DNA from: an uncultured Granulicatella sp.
GTDB lineage: Bacteria; Bacillota; Bacilli; Lactobacillales; Aerococcaceae
Length of the DNA: 64,000 nt
NCBI RefSeq assembly: GCF_963515615.1
Contig: NZ_CAUPZT010000003.1
Coordinates: 3,841 to 67,840 of the forward strand
Reading direction: 5' to 3'
In this document: positions 36,968-45,309 of the stretch, in pieces
Layout: each line of letters opens with the position of its first letter
Numbering within the stretch: the stretch's first letter is position 1
Position numbers and translations under genes: made by a program
Notes under the pieces: model-generated
Database searches by the model: none
Seen by the model: only the letters and a program-made list of their open reading frames with translations
Told to the model about the DNA's origin: nothing

Positions 36968-38701
36968 CTACTGTTCCTCCTTTTGAAATTGTGAGGCCGT
37001 TATTTCTTGATAAATCGCATTTGTTTCTAGTAACTCTTCATGAGTTCCAATTCCTACGATTTTTCCTTTTTCCATCACAATGATTTGATGAGCTTGCATC
37101 ACTGAAGCCGCTCTTTGAGAGACAATAATAGTTGTTTGTTTAAACGGAGCTTTTGAAATGGCTTTTCTTAAGGCTGCATCCGTTGCATAATCTAAAGCAG
37201 AAAAACTATCATCTAATATTAAAATCTCTGGTCTTCTAACAATTGCTCTCGCAATCGTCAAGCGTTGTTTTTGTCCACCGGATAGATTTCTTCCTTCTTG
37301 TTCTAATACATACTCTAATTGGTTTGGTTTTTGTTCAACCATTTCTTTTGCTTGGGCTATTTCTAAGGCTTCATATAATTCTTGAGTTGTAGCATCAGAT
37401 TTTCCCCATCTTAAATTTTCAGCAATCGTTCCTCTAAATAAAGCTACTTTTTGAGGAACAATTCCTATTTTCTGTCTTAATTCTTCTGTTGGAATCGTTT
37501 CTATGGGTTGACCATTTATACGAATCGTTCCATTGGTTGGTCGATAAAATTTAGGAATCAATGAAATTAGTGAAGTTTTCCCACTTCCTGTTCCACCAAT
37601 AATACCTAAAGTTTCGCCTTTTTTTAGAGAAAACGTTAAATTTTCTAACACTTCATGACTATCTCCTTCATATTTAAGCGAAACATTTTCAAATGAAAGT
37701 ACAATATCTGTCTCTTCTTTTGAAGAGAAGCTGTCCATTTTTTCTGCAAACTCATCAGGTTGTTCAATCGTCAATATTGCTTCAATTCGCTTACCACTTG
37801 CAATGGAACGTGTCACTTGAATGGTTAAATTTGCTAATTTAATAAGCTCTAATAAAATTTGCGACATATAATTGACTAAGGCAATCACTTGTCCCTTTGT
37901 TAGGATTCCTGTATCAATTTGTACTGCTCCTAATTGTAATAACACAATAATCGCAATATTAATGATAATCATTGTAATCGGATTGGTTAAACTCGATAGA
38001 TGACTCACGAATTTTTGTTGATTCGCTAATGCATCTGTCTCAGCTTGAAAAGTATTTTGTTCAATTTCTACTCGATTAAACGCACGAAGAACTCTCACTC
38101 CTGTTAAATTTTCCATTGTTTTTTGAGTGATACGATCCATTCCTTCTTGTACTTTTGTAAATAGGGGAATCGTTTTTAATAAAATCGTATAAATAATGAT
38201 GGATAAAACAGGAATTGTCACAACAAATACCCAAGCTGCTTGTACATTTACAATAAACGCCATTATCATTGCACCTAAAACTACAAAAGGTGAGCGAAGT
38301 AATAAGCGTAAAAATAAATTCCAACCTATTTGAACTTGTTGAATATCACTTGTCATTTTTGTAATAAGTGAATCCGTTCCAAGTTGGTCAATGGTTGAAA
38401 AATCTAATGTTGTAATTTTTTCTAATAAAGCATAACGTAATTTCTTAGCAAAACCAGTCGCTGATTTAGCAGCAAAATACTGTGCAGTAATCGAAACGAT
38501 TAAACCTATCATCGCAAGAAGAATTAACAAACCGCACATTGTTAAAATATAGGACGGGCGATTTTGAGCAATTCCAACATCCATTAATTGCGCCATCACT
38601 AAGGGTACAAATAATTCAAAACTCGCTTCTAACAATTTAAATAAAGGTGCTAGCAAACTTTCTTTTTTATAATAGCTAGCATATTTCCATAATGTCTTCA
38701 A
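36968..38701 (-). CDS. ABC multidrug-type exporter, permease/ATPase subunit A of a heterodimer
   Basis: Walker A GGTGSGKTS, signature LSGGQKQRL, Walker B LILDDSFSALD (degenerate-site type). Start set to TTG 38701 behind AAGGAG. Confidence 0.8.
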   Translation of the reverse strand: MKTLWKYASYYKKESLLAPLFKLLEASFELFVPLVMAQLMDVGIAQNRPSYILTMCGLLILLAMIGLIVSITAQYFAAKSATGFAKKLRYALLEKITTLDFSTIDQLGTDSLITKMTSDIQQVQIGWNLFLRLLLRSPFVVLGAMIMAFIVNVQAAWVFVVTIPVLSIIIYTILLKTIPLFTKVQEGMDRITQKTMENLTGVRVLRAFNRVEIEQNTFQAETDALANQQKFVSHLSSLTNPITMIIINIAIIVLLQLGAVQIDTGILTKGQVIALVNYMSQILLELIKLANLTIQVTRSIASGKRIEAILTIEQPDEFAEKMDSFSSKEETDIVLSFENVSLKYEGDSHEVLENLTFSLKKGETLGIIGGTGSGKTSLISLIPKFYRPTNGTIRINGQPIETIPTEELRQKIGIVPQKVALFRGTIAENLRWGKSDATTQELYEALEIAQAKEMVEQKPNQLEYVLEQEGRNLSGGQKQRLTIARAIVRRPEILILDDSFSALDYATDAALRKAISKAPFKQTTIIVSQRAASVMQAHQIIVMEKGKIVGIGTHEELLETNAIYQEITASQFQKEEQ

Positions 38702-38773
38702 AAACTTACTCCTTAAATTGAAATTTCTCAATTAAATTGTAACAAAGTCTATAAAAAATGCAAATGAGGACAT

Positions 38774-38817
38774 AAAAAAACTTTCGGAAAATAGCAAATG
38801 ATACTATTTCCCGAAAG
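38774..38817 (-). terminator. Rho-independent terminator downstream of asd and repeat copy 8
   Basis: CTTTCGGGAAATAG/CTATTTTCCGAAAG stem followed by TTTTTTTA on the minus strand. Confidence 0.7.
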
Positions 38818-38863
38818 ACCCTACTTCCAAACGTCTCCCCATTACAACACGTCCCAAGTAAAA

Positions 38864-39002
38864 AATGACTTTTCACAGTAGCACGAGTACTAGAAGCCAA
38901 CTCGGCTTCTAGTACAGGGAAAATTGAGACCCAGGCTCAATTTTTAGCCAAGAGACCCGAAAGGGGCTTCTGGCGTCCTAGTGCTACCTCAGAAAAGTCA
39001 TT
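38864..39002 (+). repeat. Nested-hairpin repeat, copy 8 (long form, most diverged)
   Basis: All three inner hairpins are kept with different sequences (TACTAGAAGCC/GGCTTCTAGTA; AAAATTGAG/CTCAATTTT; CCC-GAAA-GGG). Its right arm contains the asd stop codon. Confidence 0.85.
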
Positions 39003-39993
39003 TTCTACGTAGTTCTTTCTCTTCAATTAACTCCGCAATTTGTACTGCATTACTTGCTGCACCTTTACGAATATTATCCCCCACACACCAAATATGGAAA
39101 CTATTTGGTTGAGAAATATCACGACGAATTCTTCCAACAAACACTTCATCATGACCAGTTGCCATTAAAGGTGTTGGATATTCATTATTAGCAGGATTAT
39201 CCACTACTACAACACCAGGAGCTTTCGATAAAATTTCACGAATTTCTTCTGGAGTAGTATCTTTTTCAAAAGTAACATTTATCTCTACTGAATGTGAATT
39301 CATAACAGGCACACGCACACAAGTTGCAGTAATTGCCACTGATTCATCTAACCCTAAAATTTTACGAGTTTCTTGAATCATTTTCATTTCTTCTTTTGTA
39401 TAACCATTTTCTAAGAAAACATCAATATGCGGTAATACATTATTATAAATTGGATGAGGATAATTTGTTGGCGCTAATCCTTTTTCTCCATTGACTAAAT
39501 CATTAATCCCTGCTTGTCCTGAACCAGATACTGCTTGATAAGTTGTGTAAGCGACTCTCTTCAAGCCAAACGCTTCATTTAGTGGTTTTAATGGCACTAC
39601 TGATTGGATTGTAGAACAGTTTGGATTCGCAATAATTTTTCTTTCTAATGTTGGTGCATTACACTCTGGAACTACTAAGTCAATCTCAGGATCCATTCTC
39701 CATGCACTTGAATTATCAATGACAATTACGCCATCTTTTTCTGCAATTGGAGCAAATTTTAATGAAGTTCCTCCACCAGCTGAGAAAATCGCATAATCAA
39801 TATCACGTTTAAAAGAATTTTCTGTTAATTCTTCAACAACATAATCTTTTCCTCTAAATTGTAATACTTTCCCTGCTGAACGTGCAGAAGCTAATAAGTA
39901 TAAATTTTCCACTGGAAGGTTACTTTCTGCTAATCTTTCAATCATTTTTGTACCTACAACACCTGTTGCACCTACAATTGCAATATTTACCAT
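38998..39993 (-). CDS. asd: Aspartate-semialdehyde dehydrogenase
   Basis: MVNIAIVGATGVVGTKM NAD(P) motif and active-site NPNCSTI. Confidence 0.9.
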   Translation of the reverse strand: MVNIAIVGATGVVGTKMIERLAESNLPVENLYLLASARSAGKVLQFRGKDYVVEELTENSFKRDIDYAIFSAGGGTSLKFAPIAEKDGVIVIDNSSAWRMDPEIDLVVPECNAPTLERKIIANPNCSTIQSVVPLKPLNEAFGLKRVAYTTYQAVSGSGQAGINDLVNGEKGLAPTNYPHPIYNNVLPHIDVFLENGYTKEEMKMIQETRKILGLDESVAITATCVRVPVMNSHSVEINVTFEKDTTPEEIREILSKAPGVVVVDNPANNEYPTPLMATGHDEVFVGRIRRDISQPNSFHIWCVGDNIRKGAASNAVQIAELIEEKELRRK

Positions 39994-40072
39994 AATGAAT
40001 CTCCTCTTTACTATAAGTCTATGTGATGAAAATTATATCGAATGTTTCTAAAAATGTAAAGAATTTGTCCTT

Positions 40073-40678
40073 CTAACAAACACATTTGTAACTGTTTTCG
40101 ATACACTTTCGAATGAATGCTTCATCCTTACAAACATTCAATGCAATCGAAATCCAATGCTTTTTGTTCATATGATATGCTTCAAACACTCCCTCTTTTT
40201 GAAGGAGAGTCTCCTTTTCTTCTGGAGAAATCTTCACATTCAAAATCAGTACAGTTTCATCACTTGTAATTCCCAATTTACTAAATGGCATTTCCATCAT
40301 TAATGCATACCATTTTCCGTTTTCTTTCACATTGTATACTGTAGCTGCTGATTTTTTAAAGGGCATTGCTGAATAAGGCGTAACATTCTCCAATATCCAA
40401 TGATTCCATTTTTCTTTTAAAGCTACTAAAGATGTATCCACTGAATAACACCATTGAAATACCATCTCTTCCGCTTCTTGCCTTAATTGTTGTACAATTT
40501 TACTATTTGTAGTTGTCACATCAAATAAAGAATATCGTTCATGAAATTCATCTTTTACAATGATTTCTAAACCTTTTTCAACCGAAGTACTCACAATATA
40601 AAAATAAAACCCATCTATTTTGCTAGGAATTATTTTCCCTTCATATTCTTTTAAATCAGAAGTTAATGTCCATTTCAT
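40073..40678 (-). CDS. MmcQ/YjbR-family domain protein with a ~95-aa unknown N-terminal domain
   Basis: C-terminal half (..NGKWYALMMEM...LNVKISPEE...FEAYHMNKKHWISIAL..) matches the YjbR pattern. Starts 15 nt after the uvrB stop. Confidence 0.55.
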   Translation of the reverse strand: MKWTLTSDLKEYEGKIIPSKIDGFYFYIVSTSVEKGLEIIVKDEFHERYSLFDVTTTNSKIVQQLRQEAEEMVFQWCYSVDTSLVALKEKWNHWILENVTPYSAMPFKKSAATVYNVKENGKWYALMMEMPFSKLGITSDETVLILNVKISPEEKETLLQKEGVFEAYHMNKKHWISIALNVCKDEAFIRKCIENSYKCVC

Positions 40679-40693
40679 TTTTTATCCTTATTC

Positions 40694-42670
40694 CTATAAT
40701 TTATATTGCGCTCGAAGTTCTAATATCATATCTCGAAGTTGTGCCGCTTTTTCAAAGTTCAAGTCTTTCGCTGCAGCACGCATTTCTAATTCCATCACTT
40801 CAATGGCTTCTCTTCTTTGTTGAGCCGTCATTTGTTTGAAATCAGTCTTAGGTGTTTCTTCTTTTTCAACTGCATGAGTAATTGCAATTAAATCACGAAT
40901 ATTTTTATGAATCGTTTTTGGAGTGATTCCATGTTCTTTATTATAAGCTTCTTGAATAGTTCTACGGCGATTGGTTTCATCAATAGCATATTTCATAGAA
41001 TCTGTAATCTTATCAGCATACATAATCACTCGTCCATTCGCATTTCTTGCGGCACGTCCAATTGTTTGAACTAAGGAACGTTCACTTCTTAAAAATCCTT
41101 CCTTATCCGCATCTAAAATGGCAACAAGAGATACTTCCGGAACATCTAACCCTTCTCTTAATAGGTTAATGCCGACTAATACATCAAATTCGCCCAGACG
41201 TAAATTTCGAATAATTTCTGTTCTTTCTAATGTTTTAATATCACTATGAAGATATTTCACACGAATGCCGACTTCTTTTAAGTAATCCGTTAAATCTTCT
41301 GACATTTTCTTCGTTAATGTCGTAATAAATACACGTTCATTTTTTTCGATTCGGTCATGAATTTCACGAATTAAGTCATCAATTTGTCCATTAATTGGTC
41401 GAACTTCAATTAATGGATCTAACAAACCTGTTGGTCGAATAATTTGTTCTGTAACGGTTGGAGTATGAGCCATTTCATAAGGCCCTGGTGTTGCAGAAAC
41501 ATAAATCATTTGTGGAATTCTTTCTTCAAATTCTTCAAATCGTAATGGTCGATTATCCAAAGCACTCGGTAATCGGAATCCATATTGAATTAATTGTTCT
41601 TTACGAGCTCGGTCTCCATTAAACATACCTCTAATTTGTGACATGGTAATATGCGACTCATCCACAACATATAATGCATCTTCAGGGAAGAAGTCTAATA
41701 AGGTATACGGTGCTTCACCAGGTTTTCTTCCATCCATATGTCTTGAGTAATTTTCAATTCCGTTACAATAACCCATTTCTAGTAACATCTCAATATCATA
41801 GTTCGTGCGTTGTTCTAATCGTTGTGCTTCTAATAATTGGTTATTTTCTCTTAATTCATCTAAACGTTCTTTCAATTCTGCTTTGATCGTAGCAACTGCC
41901 CGACTAATTTCATCTTCATTCGATACAAAGTGGGCAGCTGGGAAAATAGGTACATGTTCTACGGTAGCTTTCACTTCTCCTGTTAAAACATCAATTTCTT
42001 TTAACGCTTCAATTTCATCGCCAAAAAATTCCACACGAATGGCAGAAGAATCGTGACCTGGAGGGAAAATATCTACAACATCTCCTCTCACTCGAAAACT
42101 ACCTCTTCGGAAATCAATATCATTTCGCTCAAATTGCATTTCTACTAATCGAGTTAATAACTGATTCCGTTCTACTTCCATTCCTTCTCGTAAAGATAAT
42201 ACATGTTCACGGTAGTTTTCAGGGTTTACTAATCCATAAATACATGAAACAGATGCCACTACAATAACATCTCTTCTTTCAAGCAAAGCACTTGTAGCAG
42301 AATGGCGTAATTTGTCAATTTCATCATTGACACTAGATTCTTTTTCAATATACGTATCACTAGAAGGAACATAGGCTTCAGGTTGGTAATAATCATAATA
42401 TGATACAAAATATTCTACGGCATTATTCGGGAAGAATTCTTTTAATTCTCCATACAACTGCCCCGCTAATGTTTTGTTGTGAGCTAATACTAAAGTAGGC
42501 TTATTCACTTCTTTAATAACATTAGCAATCGTAAAAGTTTTACCCGTTCCAGTTGCTCCTAATAAGGTTTGTTCATGTTTTCCTTCTAAAATTCCAGAGA
42601 CTAATTCTTTAATCGCTTGTGGTTGATCTCCCTGCGGTTGATAGGGAGAATGTAATTCAAAATGATCCAT
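40694..42670 (-). CDS. uvrB: Excinuclease ABC subunit B
   Basis: 658 aa; GATGTGKTF Walker A, helicase motifs, C-terminal UVR domain (..[15 protein letters not shown]..). Confidence 0.95.
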   Translation of the reverse strand: MDHFELHSPYQPQGDQPQAIKELVSGILEGKHEQTLLGATGTGKTFTIANVIKEVNKPTLVLAHNKTLAGQLYGELKEFFPNNAVEYFVSYYDYYQPEAYVPSSDTYIEKESSVNDEIDKLRHSATSALLERRDVIVVASVSCIYGLVNPENYREHVLSLREGMEVERNQLLTRLVEMQFERNDIDFRRGSFRVRGDVVDIFPPGHDSSAIRVEFFGDEIEALKEIDVLTGEVKATVEHVPIFPAAHFVSNEDEISRAVATIKAELKERLDELRENNQLLEAQRLEQRTNYDIEMLLEMGYCNGIENYSRHMDGRKPGEAPYTLLDFFPEDALYVVDESHITMSQIRGMFNGDRARKEQLIQYGFRLPSALDNRPLRFEEFEERIPQMIYVSATPGPYEMAHTPTVTEQIIRPTGLLDPLIEVRPINGQIDDLIREIHDRIEKNERVFITTLTKKMSEDLTDYLKEVGIRVKYLHSDIKTLERTEIIRNLRLGEFDVLVGINLLREGLDVPEVSLVAILDADKEGFLRSERSLVQTIGRAARNANGRVIMYADKITDSMKYAIDETNRRRTIQEAYNKEHGITPKTIHKNIRDLIAITHAVEKEETPKTDFKQMTAQQRREAIEVMELEMRAAAKDLNFEKAAQLRDMILELRAQYKL

Positions 42671-42752
42671 TCTTCCACTCCTTTTTCTATATTCCTAATT
42701 AGTATAGCATGCTCGATATGGAAAACAAACCAGAGTAACTTCTCTATCTAGA

Positions 42753-43676
42753 TTATGGTTCTATCGGAAGCTCCACTTGAAAATATTCCAACAGACGTTT
42801 CATCGTATCTTGTCCATCATAACAAGTATCGATTAAGTAATTCGGATTATCGAGAAATTCTTTTAATCCTCGATAGTAATAAAATTTCTTTTTATCTTCA
42901 ATAATAAATGGAATCAATGAATGTTTCAGACATTCTTTAAAGGCAATCAATCGTCCTACTCGACCATTTCCATCTTGAAATGGATGAATTTTTTCAAATT
43001 GAAAATGAAATTCTACGATATCTTCAAAACTAATCTGTTTTTTCTCATGATATTTTTTTAGTAACTGTTGAATATCATTTACTACATTATTCGGAGATGA
43101 AGTTCCAATTCCCCCTACTACATTTGGACGTATTTTATACTCTCCAACATTGAACCAAGAAAGTGTTTCATCTTTTGTTCTACTTTTCAACAAATAGTGT
43201 AACCGTTTGATGATTTCTTCTGTTAATGCTTCTTCTGCCATCTCAATACAGTAATCTATTGCTCGAAAGTGATTCACTGTTTCAATAATGTCATCTACAC
43301 TGACAGCCTCTTCACTAAACAGGGTATTCGTTTCAAATATATGCCTCGTTTGTTCTTCATTTAAACGACTTCCCTCAATATGATTCGAGTTATAAGTCAT
43401 ACGTATTTGTAACTCATGATAAATCCCTCCAGAAATCCCAAAATCCTTCTCTTCCCTTAACTGTCTAAGAATTGGATTGTTAGGAACAACAGTGTAAAGA
43501 GTTTCTTCCGCACAATCAAAATAGTCACAAAGTTTTCGAATGACTCTTGGAGAAAGTTTTTCCCCTTTTGAAATTTTTGCAATTGTTCTAGAAGAAATAT
43601 GAAGAATTTTTGTCAACTCTGATTTATTTAATTGCTTTTGCTTTAATAATTGTAATAAGCCGTTATATTGATACAT
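42753..43676 (-). CDS. Fic-domain protein with an N-terminal XRE-type HTH
   Basis: HTH LNKSELTKILHISSRTIAKISKGE; inhibitory-type motif SNHIEG; canonical Fic motif HPFQDGNGRVGR. Confidence 0.8.
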   Translation of the reverse strand: MYQYNGLLQLLKQKQLNKSELTKILHISSRTIAKISKGEKLSPRVIRKLCDYFDCAEETLYTVVPNNPILRQLREEKDFGISGGIYHELQIRMTYNSNHIEGSRLNEEQTRHIFETNTLFSEEAVSVDDIIETVNHFRAIDYCIEMAEEALTEEIIKRLHYLLKSRTKDETLSWFNVGEYKIRPNVVGGIGTSSPNNVVNDIQQLLKKYHEKKQISFEDIVEFHFQFEKIHPFQDGNGRVGRLIAFKECLKHSLIPFIIEDKKKFYYYRGLKEFLDNPNYLIDTCYDGQDTMKRLLEYFQVELPIEP

Positions 43677-43810
43677 ATTTCACCTCTAATTTCTTTACTT
43701 ATTATTTCAAAAAATATTTAAAAAGTAAAGATTTTATAAGCGATAACTTCAATCTTTTTAACATTTATACAATAAATGTCACATGAAAATATTCTATTTC
43801 ATCGCAAGAC

Positions 43811-43839
43811 TTGCATTTTTATAAGGACTTTTGTATAAT
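43811..43839 (+). promoter_or_regulatory. Sigma-A promoter TTGCAT-17nt-TATAAT of rpsT
   Basis: -35 at 43811-43816, 17-nt spacer, -10 at 43834-43839. Confidence 0.65.
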
Positions 43840-43900
43840 AATTCCTGTTGGAGACAACTGATCAGTGATTATATAAATGTAAGAAAGAGGGGTGAACCCA

Positions 43901-44155
43901 TTGCCAAATATCGCATCACAAATCAAACGTGTTCGTACAAACAAAAAGTCAACACTAGCAAATAACTCACAAACTTCTGCTATGCGTACTGCTATCAAAA
44001 AATTTGAAGCTGCATTAGCTGAAGGTGCTGAAAATGCTGAAGAATTATTACGTGCTGCTCACAAAGCAATCGACGGAGCTGCTTCTAAAGGATTAATCCA
44101 CAAAAACAAAGCTTCTCGTGATAAATCACGTCTTGCTTCAAAATTAAGCAAATAA
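43901..44155 (+). CDS. rpsT: 30S ribosomal protein S20
   Basis: (M)[15 protein letters not shown]... typical S20. TTG start at 43901 behind AGAGGGG. Confidence 0.9.
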   Translation: MPNIASQIKRVRTNKKSTLANNSQTSAMRTAIKKFEAALAEGAENAEELLRAAHKAIDGAASKGLIHKNKASRDKSRLASKLSK

Positions 44156-44161
44156 TAAAAA

Positions 44162-44190
44162 GCCTGAGAAATGATTCTCGGGCCTTTTTT
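44162..44190 (+). terminator. Rho-independent terminator after rpsT
   Basis: GCCTGAGA/TCTCGGGC stem followed by CTTTTTTG. Confidence 0.65.
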
Positions 44191-44221
44191 GTACTTTTTT
44201 ATTTTCATTTCAATCTGCTTG

Positions 44222-45250
44222 CTATGCACTCTTTTGACAAAACTTCAAAATAAATATTTCTAATTGCAATTCTTTTATTCCAAGTCCTGTTTTCAATGCA
44301 TACTCCGTTTCTACTAATGAACGGTACGCTACTTCTAATAAAGCAATCGAAAATTTTCTAGATTGTCCTAGAGCGAGTTTTACACGGTATGGATGGATCC
44401 CTAATACCTTTTGCATTTCAGGTTCGTGATAGCCTTCTTTTTGTAAGTAGCTTACTTGTAATAACAAGCGAAATTGCCCTAATAAAATGGCATTCATTTT
44501 AATCGGATCTTCTTTTTGTAATAATAAATCTCGATAAATTTCAATCGCTACTTTACTATCTTTTCGAAGGACGGCTTCTCCTAGTTCAAAAATATTTTGT
44601 TCTAAACTTTTTGGAACTAATGTTGCCACTAAGTCACTATCAATCACTTTCGTATCCATGGCTGATAAGATTAACTTATCAATTTCTCTCATCGCATCAG
44701 TTAGAGAATAGTGTAATTTTTCTAAAAATAACTGTAATACAGAAGTTTCCATCGAAACGCCCTGTTCTTGTACTTTATGTTGAACCATCGCTCTTACATC
44801 TTTTTCTTCTAAAGAAGAAGCATCTAATAAGACCGCTACTTTTTTTAATTGCTTCACGATTTTTTTACGAGAGTCTAACTTTTCATATGGTGCAAAAAAT
44901 ACAACGACAGAAGAGTCTAATGGATTTTCTAAATAAAACTGTAATCTTTCAAGTTGATGATCGATTTTTGTTTTTTCTTTTTCACCTGTTAAAAAATATG
45001 GTTTGTCAATCATCACTAGACGTCTATCTCCAAAAAATGGGACAGATTCTGCATCTTCAACAGCTGTTTGAACAGAAATTTCTTCCATAATAAATCGAGC
45101 AACATTTAATTCTTGATCTTCAGGAGCCACTACGGATTCTAAAAACACTTGCCTTGCCCAATTTTGTAAATACTCTTCTTTTCCTTGAACTATATAAATG
45201 GGCGACAATTTCCCCGATTTAATTTCTTCTATTTTCTTTTGAAATTCCAT
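44222..45250 (-). CDS. holA: DNA polymerase III delta subunit
   Basis: 342 aa, N-terminus ..LSPIYIVQGKEEYL.., position between comEC and rpsT as in Bacilli. Confidence 0.8.
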   Translation of the reverse strand: MEFQKKIEEIKSGKLSPIYIVQGKEEYLQNWARQVFLESVVAPEDQELNVARFIMEEISVQTAVEDAESVPFFGDRRLVMIDKPYFLTGEKEKTKIDHQLERLQFYLENPLDSSVVVFFAPYEKLDSRKKIVKQLKKVAVLLDASSLEEKDVRAMVQHKVQEQGVSMETSVLQLFLEKLHYSLTDAMREIDKLILSAMDTKVIDSDLVATLVPKSLEQNIFELGEAVLRKDSKVAIEIYRDLLLQKEDPIKMNAILLGQFRLLLQVSYLQKEGYHEPEMQKVLGIHPYRVKLALGQSRKFSIALLEVAYRSLVETEYALKTGLGIKELQLEIFILKFCQKSA

Positions 45251-45309
45251 TCATGACTCCCCTTTCTCTTAGTCTAGTGTATCGTGAAGTGTTCTTTTTG
45301 TCCATGGTT

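Noticed and set aside
42671-42752. A LexA/Cheo-box SOS operator upstream of uvrB (palindrome AGCATGCT next to a TATACT -10).
   Set aside because: It does not fit CGAAC-N4-GTTCG: the right half is missing. An 8-bp palindrome alone is weak evidence.
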